Source: Acidobacteriota bacterium
Lineage (GTDB): Bacteria > Acidobacteriota > UBA6911 > RPQK01 > JAJDTT01
Direction: 5' to 3'
Assembly (NCBI GenBank): GCA_965217775.1
Contig: CBDCJH010000002.1
Location: 1,248,001-1,312,000 of the forward strand
Length of the DNA: 64,000 nt
The notes below the pieces were generated by a model. That model did no database searches. It was not told the origin of the DNA and saw nothing but the letters and a program-made list of their open reading frames with translations. Both the position numbers and the translations under genes were made by a program. Below, piece after piece: positions 55,202-64,000 of the stretch (the stretch's first letter is position 1; each line of letters opens with the position of its first letter).

Positions 55202-57091
55202 ATGCAAACTGAGGATTACTCTGTTGAAGAGATTTTGGTCGACGCACGGCGCTTTATGGTACCGATTTATCAGCGCAGATATCAGTGGGATGACAGGTGG
55301 CTTCAACCTTTTTGGGAGGATGTTGAGGCAAAAGCAGGCGAGGATCTCGAAAATGAGAATAGTTTCAAACATTACATGGGAGCATTGATCCTTTCGCCCA
55401 TTAGCGACGGATCTCGAATTGGAGTCACTGAACGCGTACAGGTTGTCGATGGACAGCAGCGACTGACAACATTCCAACTTTTTTTGGCCGGGCTCAGAGA
55501 GGCTGCGAGGAAATTTGAAGTCACTGAACTAATTGAAAATATTGAAGAATATATTTTTAATCAGCCCAAGAGTAAGGACTCGGGTCGCTTTGTTCGGTTC
55601 AAGCTGACTCCTACGCCGTGGGATCAAAAGATGTTCCGTTTTATCCTAGCCAACGACTATGAAGCCGTGCGAGACAAGTATCGGGGCTATTATTGGGGAG
55701 GACGTGTTCCAAAGAATACTCGGTACAAGGCCCTGAGAGCGTACTACTTTTTCAAGACAAGAATCGAAAACTTTGTGCGGCTCGGACCAAGTGATGAAAA
55801 CTTACAGAACGACCGTATCGAACCCCAAAGTGACGAACCTACGGAACGTGCTATTCACGATAGACTCGAAGCCCTCCTTACTGCTCTCCTAGACAAAATG
55901 AAACTTGTCGTCATAACTCTTGGAGAAGGAGATGACGCTCAAGTTATCTTTGAGACGCTTAATTCGAAAGGCAAGCCACTCTTAGCGATGGATCTTGTTC
56001 GGAACAACATCTTTCACAGAGCGGAACAGCAGGGTACATCTGCACATGAGCTCTATACTAGGCTCTGGGATCCATTTGATAAGAATTGGTGGCAGGCTCC
56101 GGCCCCTAACGCCCGTCCACGGCGCCCTCGAATTGACCATTTTCTCTCCCATGTGCTGGGTGCGGAATCGGGTAAAAAGATCTCCATGCGTGAACTGTAC
56201 GCGGAGTACCGGGCCTTCGCCGTTCCCAGGGGTAGACCACGTTTCCGGAAAGTTGAAGATGAACTTAGGCTTCTAGAGCAGCATGCGCCAACTTATGAGA
56301 CTTTGGAAGGACGGATTGATAAAGACCCTACCATGTTCTGGTTAGGTCGGAAATTGGCAACTTGGCAGGTAACCACTGCGTATCCGATAGCGTTTCAGAT
56401 TGCAGCGGCGAATCTTGAGGAATCGGAGAAGAGTAACTTATCTTTACTAATCTACTCCTATATTGTGAGACGGGCTCTATGTGGTCTGACATCCAAGAAT
56501 CTGAATCGCATATTTCAAGCTATGTCAGCGAAGTTCCTTAGAAAGGGAGTGTCTATCGGCAGCATGCAGTCCTTTTTTGGTGATCGTCGAGGTGATAGCA
56601 GCAGGTTTCCCGGGGACGACGAGTTGCGTCGGCAAATGTTGTCTCATGCTGTATACCGAAGTGTTCCAAGTAATAGAATAAGGGGCGTATTATGGGAGTT
56701 TGAACGGGCGAGTCGGCCTCGCTTTGCGGAAGATACGGGAATGCCAAACGGACTTTGGATAGATCACATGTTGCCTGAGTCGTGGGACGAAAGATGGCCC
56801 ATGCCAGACGGCGATCGGATCAATCGCGACTTATGGGATCCGCGTGTAGTTGAACGGAACCGTTTACTCCATTCAATTGGTAACCTTACGCTGATGACTG
56901 CGGGCTTGAACGTATCCGCGAGCAATAGGGAGTTCATCGAAAAGCGCAGCAGACTATCAGAACACAGCTCTCTGCATATGAACAAGTGGTTTTTGAGTCG
57001 AGAATCATGGAACGAGAATGAAATAGAGGAGCGTGGCGCTGACTTGGCCGATAAGGCCACAAATATATGGCCTGTGATCGAGGTACAGTAA
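55202..57091 (+). CDS. GmrSD-family (DUF262 + DUF1524/HNH) modification-dependent restriction endonuclease
   Basis: VPIYQRRYQW, VVDGQQRLTT, IFETLNSKG, IDHMLP, IGNLTL..N..SN; visibly AT-richer than the flanks. Confidence 0.9.
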   Translation: MQTEDYSVEEILVDARRFMVPIYQRRYQWDDRWLQPFWEDVEAKAGEDLENENSFKHYMGALILSPISDGSRIGVTERVQVVDGQQRLTTFQLFLAGLREAARKFEVTELIENIEEYIFNQPKSKDSGRFVRFKLTPTPWDQKMFRFILANDYEAVRDKYRGYYWGGRVPKNTRYKALRAYYFFKTRIENFVRLGPSDENLQNDRIEPQSDEPTERAIHDRLEALLTALLDKMKLVVITLGEGDDAQVIFETLNSKGKPLLAMDLVRNNIFHRAEQQGTSAHELYTRLWDPFDKNWWQAPAPNARPRRPRIDHFLSHVLGAESGKKISMRELYAEYRAFAVPRGRPRFRKVEDELRLLEQHAPTYETLEGRIDKDPTMFWLGRKLATWQVTTAYPIAFQIAAANLEESEKSNLSLLIYSYIVRRALCGLTSKNLNRIFQAMSAKFLRKGVSIGSMQSFFGDRRGDSSRFPGDDELRRQMLSHAVYRSVPSNRIRGVLWEFERASRPRFAEDTGMPNGLWIDHMLPESWDERWPMPDGDRINRDLWDPRVVERNRLLHSIGNLTLMTAGLNVSASNREFIEKRSRLSEHSSLHMNKWFLSRESWNENEIEERGADLADKATNIWPVIEVQ

Positions 57092-57258
57092 CCTTATCTG
57101 TATCTATTATGGGCTATACTCACGATAGCATGTATATCTGAAATTTGTTTATAAGCTTGAACTACGACGAACGAATTAAGCCTGTATCGACGTATTTATA
57201 GTACAACTATCGAGACTGGCGCTTTGTTTCACGAGGATAGTTCGAGGCTATTGAACGA

Positions 57259-59793
57259 TCATCGATCTCCGGCAACCAGGAGCGGGTGGTCAAGCGTATC
57301 CCCGTTGGGCTCAAAGCCGTTACCGTCCGAATCCACGTAGATCGGATTCGTGAACGCCACCGGGTGCATCTGGGACTCGGAGCTGCGGCCCCAACCCTTT
57401 TCCAGGTTGGAATTCTCACCTGTGGCCACGACGATCAGATGGGTGTCCCGCTCCAGTTCCACGCGGATCTCCTCCTCGAAGTTCACGATTCCGTTCTGAA
57501 ACATCTTGGGATGGGACTCTCGGGTGTAGTTGTACCGCGGATCCTGACGGCTGTTGACCAGGACCTGGACCCGGTCGACATCCAGCCAGTCAGGCGTCTG
57601 CACCCGCATCTTCAAGGTCACGGAACCCGGTGAGATCACGCTGGACCCGATGGGCATCCCATCCCCGGTCTCGACGTGCAGGAAGGGCCCGTTGCTGATC
57701 ATCATCCGCCCCGCCTTGGAGTTGGCGATGACCTCCGCCGGATCGATCTTGCCCGGAACGTCGGTCGAGCTGGGTACGTAGGTCCTCCAACCGCCCACGC
57801 CGTTGCCGCCGAAGGTCCGGTGGGCGTCGCTTACGGCGACGCACCACGTATGCCGTCCCTGGTTCAGGAGTTGGAGCCAGCCGAAGGTCCGGTTCTCCCG
57901 TTGGGCGATCCCACGTCGGTTCCGCACCGGATAAGTCGGGTTGGGATTCAGGATCTCGGCGCTCCAGACCTCAGCCGCGTCGATGAGATCTTCGAAACCC
58001 ACGAATCCACCATCCCCCCGCCCGTCCCGGTCCCGGTCGTTGAAGACGTAACCCACTGTAGGGTGATTGGCTTGGACCCATCGGTCGGGTCCGCCGTCGA
58101 AGACATTGCGCAGGACGATAGCGTTGAGGCGAGGGTCATATTGCCAGGCCGGTGCGCCGCCATCCTGGGTCAGCGGGGAGTACTTGAGGGGAAAGGAGTT
58201 GAAGTGCTGGCCCTGCCCCGTGAGCTCGATGCCGACGACGGTTCGCAGCAAGTCCCCCAGTCCCAACTCGTCGATGTAGGGTTGCCAGTCGTAGATGCGG
58301 TTGTGCTCCGTGGTCGGTATGAACTCCAGTTGTTCGGCGGCGAAGTTGATGATCCGGTCGTAGGTATTGCAGTGGTTGTCGCCGCTGGGTGAAGAGTGGG
58401 CGTGGTAATCGGTGCTGATCCATCCTGTCGTATCCACCGCCCTTTCGAGAGTGGCCTCGACGGCAACCGTCTTTCCCGGCTCAACCGAGAGCCGGCGCTC
58501 CACCAAGTTGTATTCGGGACCCCGCGTGATTCGGAGCAGGTAGTTGCCCGGGGGAACCTGCTGGGTAAACGCTCCGTCGTGGGTGTGGTACTGGTGATCG
58601 CAGCCGTGGGCCCGATAGTCCGTGCCGAAATAAGGGGTAGAGGTCCCGTCGACACCCAGGAACTGGACCTTGGCCGGGGAAGGATTGCCGCGGGAATCCC
58701 GGATCCGGAAGCGGATGGCCGAAGCCGCGGGGAGAGACAGATCCAGATTCACGGTCTTTCCCGCCGATACCTGGAGATTCAAGTCCTGATCGGGCCGGCC
58801 CAGGTCGGTGAACCGGACCGAATATGCTCCGTCCGGCATTGGGAAAGAGAACCGCCCGCTCCCGTTCGGATAAAGCGGGAGATCCGTCCCCTCGACATTG
58901 AACAGAAGGGAGGATCGAACGGCCGGGTTCCCGCCCTGGTCCAGGGCGCTCCCGGTCACCGTCCCGGTGGGATTCAATACGGAAGCGACCTGGCCATAGG
59001 CGGCCAGGGGACTGTCCGAAACCGCCAGGGCGATCCCGAACTTCCGGCTTTCTCCAGGGGCTAGTTCCACCTCCGATTCAAGAGCGGACAGACCCTCACC
59101 TTCCAGGGGCGCCCAGGCGTAGGACCGCTTGTCGAACGGATCGATGCTGTCGGCGACTCGAATGGCGCCGACTTCCCACGTTTTCGAAAACTGAGCCAGA
59201 CGCTCGTATGCCGGGGGCGATTTCCAGACCGGTCGCGGCTGGATCTTCCGCGGCTGATCGGATTCATTGTGAAAGGTGGAGAGGATTTCGACATGCTGCC
59301 AGCCCGGCTCCAGCCGGTAGACGTGGCGCTGATACAGTCCGTCGCCGCGAGCTGCCGTGCGGACGGTCTCGATCGCCGCCGCTCCGTCACTTCCGTCGCT
59401 CGCGATCCGGACGTAACTGACGGGACCCGACAGGTGTCCGGGCCGAAATGACGTGATCTGATCGTTACCGGCGCCGGCGAGGTCCAGGTCAAAGAGGGTA
59501 CCGGGGATGACGTCGTAACGGTCATGCATCATATTGGCCCGCCGCTGGGGCAGGTTCCCCGAAATGAGGGCGTGGACGCGATCGTTCCGGAGGACGAAGT
59601 CCCCGAGGATGCCGTCGGCTTCCTTGCCTGACGGCAGGAGATCCGTGTTGTGGCGACCGATCTCGACGGCTTCGGCGCCGCCTTGCTGGGCGACGAGAAA
59701 AGCCGCTAGCCATCCGGCCATTCCGGCCATGAAGAGGAGAGTGAGCCGAGGGAAACGTGAAAGGGACGGAGAATTTGTAGACATGTCGCTCAT
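57259..59793 (-). CDS. Exported CehA/McbA-like PHP-fold metallohydrolase with carboxypeptidase-regulatory-like domains
   Basis: RGPEY, DYHAHSSPSGD, TEHN, HFNSFP, QANHP, VSDAH, SNGPF, FTNPIYVD; start uncertain. Confidence 0.8.
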   Translation of the reverse strand: MSDMSTNSPSLSRFPRLTLLFMAGMAGWLAAFLVAQQGGAEAVEIGRHNTDLLPSGKEADGILGDFVLRNDRVHALISGNLPQRRANMMHDRYDVIPGTLFDLDLAGAGNDQITSFRPGHLSGPVSYVRIASDGSDGAAAIETVRTAARGDGLYQRHVYRLEPGWQHVEILSTFHNESDQPRKIQPRPVWKSPPAYERLAQFSKTWEVGAIRVADSIDPFDKRSYAWAPLEGEGLSALESEVELAPGESRKFGIALAVSDSPLAAYGQVASVLNPTGTVTGSALDQGGNPAVRSSLLFNVEGTDLPLYPNGSGRFSFPMPDGAYSVRFTDLGRPDQDLNLQVSAGKTVNLDLSLPAASAIRFRIRDSRGNPSPAKVQFLGVDGTSTPYFGTDYRAHGCDHQYHTHDGAFTQQVPPGNYLLRITRGPEYNLVERRLSVEPGKTVAVEATLERAVDTTGWISTDYHAHSSPSGDNHCNTYDRIINFAAEQLEFIPTTEHNRIYDWQPYIDELGLGDLLRTVVGIELTGQGQHFNSFPLKYSPLTQDGGAPAWQYDPRLNAIVLRNVFDGGPDRWVQANHPTVGYVFNDRDRDGRGDGGFVGFEDLIDAAEVWSAEILNPNPTYPVRNRRGIAQRENRTFGWLQLLNQGRHTWCVAVSDAHRTFGGNGVGGWRTYVPSSTDVPGKIDPAEVIANSKAGRMMISNGPFLHVETGDGMPIGSSVISPGSVTLKMRVQTPDWLDVDRVQVLVNSRQDPRYNYTRESHPKMFQNGIVNFEEEIRVELERDTHLIVVATGENSNLEKGWGRSSESQMHPVAFTNPIYVDSDGNGFEPNGDTLDHPLLVAGDR

Positions 59794-59937
59794 TATCCGG
59801 CGTTTGGCTTCAGAATCAAGTAAAGATGAACTCAAGTTGTTGAGAATCTTGTAGTTGTGGCAATCGGAGAAAGGGGTTTTTCGATGTGGTAGCCTGGAGC
59901 GGTCTCAGACATGCCTGTATTTCGTCCTGATTCCCCG

Positions 59938-61554
59938 ATGCAGCGCCGGAGGTTCCTGAAAAAGGCATTGGCCGGGTGTCTGTTGGCGCCTCGGGTCCTG
60001 GCGCTTGCCGAAGCTCCGGTTGAATTGTCCAAAGACCACATCAAAGCGGTCCACCGCAGACGCCGGATCGTCATGATGCAGGACGCCTACGGCGATGGCC
60101 ACGGAGCGACTCCTCTGGGAGGTGATTTCGATTCCTGGCTCCGCTACCGGTTCTCCTATCTGGACGAGCTTGAAACCCAGATCGACGCCATTTGGTGGGA
60201 CATGGCCGCTCTGGCCGTCTACCCCAACCAGGGGTTCCCCGCGGACGTCCAGGCGCGATTCAACGCTTGGAGCACAGCCGGGAACGACCCTTTGAAGGCG
60301 CTGGTGGACGGGACTCACAGCCGGGGTCTGGAGGCCTTCTTCAACCACCGGATCAGCGAAGTCGAGCTGGACGGCAAGACGTTTCACCTCAAGACGGAGA
60401 ATCCCGACTGGGTGATTCCCACCTGGTGGCCCCACGGCATGTGGAATCTGGCCGCACCGGGCCTGCAGGACTTCAAGCTCAGGAATCTGCGCTATCTGGC
60501 GGAGAACTACGAATTCGACGGCCTCCAGATCGATTTCGCCCGGCACACACCCATTCTTCCTCCCGGGCGGCAATGGGAACTGCGCGGGCGTGTCACGGGA
60601 TTCATCCGCCGCGTTCGGCTCATGCTCCTGGACGTAGCGAAAAAGCGAGGCCGTCCCTTCCTGCTGGCCGTGAGAGTGCCCAAGAGCGTTGAAGGAGCCA
60701 AACAGGACGGCTTCGACCTCGAGTCGTGGGCCCGGGAACGTCTGGTGGACATCTTCACCATCGGCACCCGCTCCCTGGAGGTGGACGTGGCCTCCTTCCT
60801 GGCGATCGCCCGGGGCCGGGACATCAAGATCCAACCCTGCTGGGACGACCACCACGCTTCGGACGCCTATCAGTGGCAACCCATCGAGTTCCTGCGCGGC
60901 GTGTATAGCAACTGGTGGCGCCAGGGAGCGGACAGCGTGGTCACCTGGAACTGGAGCAACGCGACCCGAAAGACCTGCCTGAAGCTGGGCATCAACCCGG
61001 GGCCCGACTCCCACGACCAGGGGTTACAGGAACTGGGAAACCTGGAGAGCATGCGCCTGCGGGACAAAATCTTCGCCCTGGACCGGCGCGGCGCCTTTCC
61101 TTGGGCGGAAGGGTTCTTCAACCTGAACGCTGACGCCCGGTTGCCGCTCCGCCTGACGGCGGGAACGGAACCGGTCCGGCTGGATCTCAGAATCGAAGAG
61201 CCGGTGGCGGCCGCATCTGATCGCGTCGCCTCACTCAAGCTCCGGATCGTTCTCTTCGGCGCCGGAACGGAGACCAACGTCCGTGCGCGCTTCAACGGCC
61301 GCGCCGTGACTCCTTTCCTCAGGGACACCGACTGGAAGGATTATCAGATCTTCTCACCGCGTCCCCAACCCAATTCGGGGAAGGCGGCAAGACTACGCGT
61401 CGACCCGGAACAGAGACTGCTCAGGATCGAGTACGATCTGGATCCCAAGGAGTGCCGGGTCGGCCTCAACACGACCGAGTTGGCCCTCTCCACCGGAGCG
61501 GCGGCCGATGGCGTTAAGTTGGAGAAGGTGGAAGTTCACCTCAAATACTCATGA
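59938..61554 (+). CDS. Tat-exported putative TIM-barrel glycoside-hydrolase-like protein (GHL10/DUF187-like)
   Basis: RRRFLK Tat motif; DPLKALV, YEFDGLQIDFARH, LAVRVP, GFDLESW, GADSVVTWN. Confidence 0.65.
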   Translation: MQRRRFLKKALAGCLLAPRVLALAEAPVELSKDHIKAVHRRRRIVMMQDAYGDGHGATPLGGDFDSWLRYRFSYLDELETQIDAIWWDMAALAVYPNQGFPADVQARFNAWSTAGNDPLKALVDGTHSRGLEAFFNHRISEVELDGKTFHLKTENPDWVIPTWWPHGMWNLAAPGLQDFKLRNLRYLAENYEFDGLQIDFARHTPILPPGRQWELRGRVTGFIRRVRLMLLDVAKKRGRPFLLAVRVPKSVEGAKQDGFDLESWARERLVDIFTIGTRSLEVDVASFLAIARGRDIKIQPCWDDHHASDAYQWQPIEFLRGVYSNWWRQGADSVVTWNWSNATRKTCLKLGINPGPDSHDQGLQELGNLESMRLRDKIFALDRRGAFPWAEGFFNLNADARLPLRLTAGTEPVRLDLRIEEPVAAASDRVASLKLRIVLFGAGTETNVRARFNGRAVTPFLRDTDWKDYQIFSPRPQPNSGKAARLRVDPEQRLLRIEYDLDPKECRVGLNTTELALSTGAAADGVKLEKVEVHLKYS

Positions 61555-62426
61555 AAATAACGATTGCGACCTGTCAGTTTCCCGTCACCAGCGACATCCG
61601 GCGCAACTTGGGCTACGTCAAGAGGCAGATGAAGGCAGCGCGCGAAAAGGGGGCCGATCTGGCCCATTTCTCCGAGTGCTGCCTGGGCGGCTATGCCGGC
61701 GTCGACCTGCCGTCACTGGAGGGCTACGAGTGGGACCTGCTCCAGCGCTCAGCCCAGGAGGTGACCGAGTTGGCCCGGGAGCTGGGTCTGTGGGTGATTC
61801 TGGGGTCCAATCATCAACTGAGTGGCGGTCACCGGCCCCACAACAGCCTCTATCTCATTGATCCCAATGGGAAGATCGTGGACCGTTATGACAAGCGGTT
61901 CTGCACCGGTTCCAGAACCCAGGCCGAGGATGACCTGAGCCACTACAGTCCGGGAAACCGGTTCGTGGTCTTTGAAGTCAACGGTGTCCGTTGCGGTCTC
62001 CAGATCTGCCATGACTTTCGCTATCCGGAGCTCTACCGGGAATACAAGCGGCGGGAGGTCCAGTTGATGTTCCACTCCTACCACAACGGCGGAATGACGC
62101 TGAAGCACAAGCAGGACCATCACAACGTCTGGAGCGTGCTGGTGCGCGCCACCATGCAGACCTACGCCGCCAGCAACTACATGTGGATCAGCGTGAACAA
62201 TACGAGCCGCCGCGAGAGCAGCGGTTCGAGCTTCGTGGTGCAACCGGACGGTCTGATCGATGGCCGGCTGCCACTGCACCGAGCCGGAGTCCTGACAACG
62301 ACCATCGATACCGAGACGCCCTTTTTCGACGCGTCGAAGGAATGGCGATCCCGGGCCATGCGTGGCGTGTTCCACAGCGGCACACCGGTGGAAGATCCCC
62401 GGTCCAAAGATCGGACGTGCCTATGA
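61551..62426 (+). CDS. Carbon-nitrogen hydrolase (nitrilase superfamily)
   Basis: E-K-C triad in FSEC, YDKRF, ICHDFRYPE; ATGA overlap with the upstream gene. Confidence 0.9.
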   Translation: MKITIATCQFPVTSDIRRNLGYVKRQMKAAREKGADLAHFSECCLGGYAGVDLPSLEGYEWDLLQRSAQEVTELARELGLWVILGSNHQLSGGHRPHNSLYLIDPNGKIVDRYDKRFCTGSRTQAEDDLSHYSPGNRFVVFEVNGVRCGLQICHDFRYPELYREYKRREVQLMFHSYHNGGMTLKHKQDHHNVWSVLVRATMQTYAASNYMWISVNNTSRRESSGSSFVVQPDGLIDGRLPLHRAGVLTTTIDTETPFFDASKEWRSRAMRGVFHSGTPVEDPRSKDRTCL

Positions 62427-62723
62427 CAGGTTCTGTCGAGTAGTGACAGACAACGGGAACGCGGGCGTCTCACCGAAACTCCCGTTGGACTCAACTCCCG
62501 GGCTTTCTCAGCGGATTTACGGAGTCAGACTTTCCTTGCGCTTCCGGCAGCTTTAAGGATGGCGTTTGCCGTGTGGCGGCTCTTCAAGTTACGTGGAATC
62601 ACCAGAATTTTGCCGTTCTTCAGACGTTTCCATTTTTCGTGGGAACCCTTTGCGTTCTTCCAGTACGCGAATCCTCGTCTTGATACTTCTCTGGCTACGG
62701 AATCGTAGAGACTGCCAGGTAAA

Positions 62724-62978
62724 TTATGCGGTTGCCCTTCCCGTATCCGGATGCTGCCACAGAATTGCGGGGATCAGATCTTTGAAGGAATGCTCAGCGA
62801 TCTCTGGAGCAGTCCAGTGGTTCGCGATAATCAATTCAGGCGCCACATCCATCATGATGGCTTCGAACTCCTCTAGATCGGCTGCCTCGATATGTAAGCC
62901 TTCTATATCGCTTCGGGAGTAGAACACCTCTGCCTCGGCATCCCAAACAGCTTGCACTCTAAAGACCCGCGTCATCAT
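62724..62978 (-). CDS. DUF1902 (HicB-like) small protein
   Basis: VQAVWDAEAEVFYSRSDIEGLHIEA..PELIIAN; AGGAG RBS. Confidence 0.75.
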   Translation of the reverse strand: MMTRVFRVQAVWDAEAEVFYSRSDIEGLHIEAADLEEFEAIMMDVAPELIIANHWTAPEIAEHSFKDLIPAILWQHPDTGRATA

Positions 62979-63166
62979 CTGCTCTCCTGTTCGAAGAATC
63001 TAATCGAAGTCTACCACGACTTTTCGTCAGGAATGTTGTTCGGTGGCAAGAGTTGGCGATCCCAAGTCGCTTGCCACCAAGAGTCGTAGCAAAGGAATCC
63101 TTCCCCAGATGAAAAAATGGGGATGCTACTCATTAAATTTTCTTGGTCCCTGTCGGGTTCGCTCCG

Positions 63167-64000
63167 TCACCCGTAGCGGATCCAGACTCTCAGCTCCTCC
63201 AATGTCAGCAGTTCGGAAGGGTCCCCCGACTCGGGAGGCTGAACCGTCACCAGGAAGGAATTCTCGCCGTAGCGCAGGTCGCGCGTCTCCCAACTGGACC
63301 AGTCGAGCCGGTCCCCGTCGGCGGCTTGGGGACGAGGCTGGCCCTCTCCGTTGACCCGCCAGGTGATCCGGTCGTCCGCGGCGGGGTTGGCCCATCGCGT
63401 TTCGACCCGAACGCTGGTGGCCCGTTCCGGCCGGTCCGCAATTTTCAGCTTCAGGTCGAACCGTGCCGCACCCGCCTGGGTGGCGAAGGTGAGCGGCAGT
63501 TGCCCCGGCCAGAGACTCTCGTTCATGTATCCGACCCGCTTCCGGTCCAAGTCGATCTGATACATCTTGTCCAGGCCCGCAAGCACCTCCGGTTCTCCGA
63601 TTTCATGGAGAGAGTCATACCGGGCCGGGTCCAGAAAGTTGAAGGTGTGCAGGCCGTCCACGCCTTCGTCCCAGAGCCGGTAGGCTGCTCCCCGAACCGC
63701 TTCCACGTGATCGAAGACGTGTTTCCAACTCAGGCCTCCGTAGACGGGGATTCCGTGTTCGCGGCCCATGCGGATCCATTCCCGCACGGGAAACGAGTAG
63801 GGAAGGGAGCCGAACCCCGCGATCAGGAAGTTCACCCAGCCCCGGGCGACCCACTCCTCCACGTCGAGTCCCACACCCAGGGCGAGATCGGGAGAGTCGG
63901 GGACCCTCATGGACAGGAGAATGGGCCGTCCCCGCTGTTTGCCGCGCTGCTCCAAGACCTGGTGGATGCGTTGGATGAGATCCGTCATCACCGGCAGGTG
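63167..64000 (-). CDS. Partial (5'-truncated by the window edge) GHL10/DUF187-like protein related to 59938..61554
   Basis: RGRPILLSMRVP..GLDVEEW..GVDGLHTFN..DKMY, then a beta-rich C-terminus. Confidence 0.65.
   Translation of the reverse strand, partial: HLPVMTDLIQRIHQVLEQRGKQRGRPILLSMRVPDSPDLALGVGLDVEEWVARGWVNFLIAGFGSLPYSFPVREWIRMGREHGIPVYGGLSWKHVFDHVEAVRGAAYRLWDEGVDGLHTFNFLDPARYDSLHEIGEPEVLAGLDKMYQIDLDRKRVGYMNESLWPGQLPLTFATQAGAARFDLKLKIADRPERATSVRVETRWANPAADDRITWRVNGEGQPRPQAADGDRLDWSSWETRDLRYGENSFLVTVQPPESGDPSELLTLEELRVWIRYG

Overview
GC-rich bacterial window, most likely Acidobacteriota. This is inferred from a GWxTD protein, a carboxypeptidase-regulatory-domain TonB-dependent receptor, several CRTAC1/ASPIC-UnbV and TPR genes, and a DUF1549/DUF1553 + DUF1501 pair. 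Layout: 1-22.7 kb is a paralog-rich envelope cluster (TPR, CRTAC1, two heme-c/Cu-monooxygenase-like lipoproteins, an SCO-CRTAC1 fusion, a TBDR, GWxTD). 22.7-36.6 kb is housekeeping and transport (GH51, VanZ, ZIP, K+ channel, 2-oxoacid:ferredoxin oxidoreductase, HemY, FGE, an SSS transporter with an FHA-like insert, DUF3500). 36.8-39.6 kb is the most striking locus: a membrane-anchored tandem OB-fold protein followed by an archaeal-type TctA/DUF112 membrane protein fused to a staphylococcal-nuclease domain. This is a candidate ComEC-independent DNA uptake or scavenging system, here carrying an in-frame amber codon and an in-frame MITE insertion. 39.8-47 kb is an orphan catabolic cluster (SSS, AKR, Ldh2, BKACE, amidohydrolase, C45). 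47-57 kb holds toxin-antitoxin modules and relics around PSD1/DUF1501, plus a lower-GC GmrSD island. 57-64 kb holds hydrolases. Two families of ~160-bp palindromic MITE-like elements occur, one showing a compensatory base-pair swap between its copies. No rRNA, tRNA or CRISPR array was seen. Family calls come from motif recognition by eye, not database searches.
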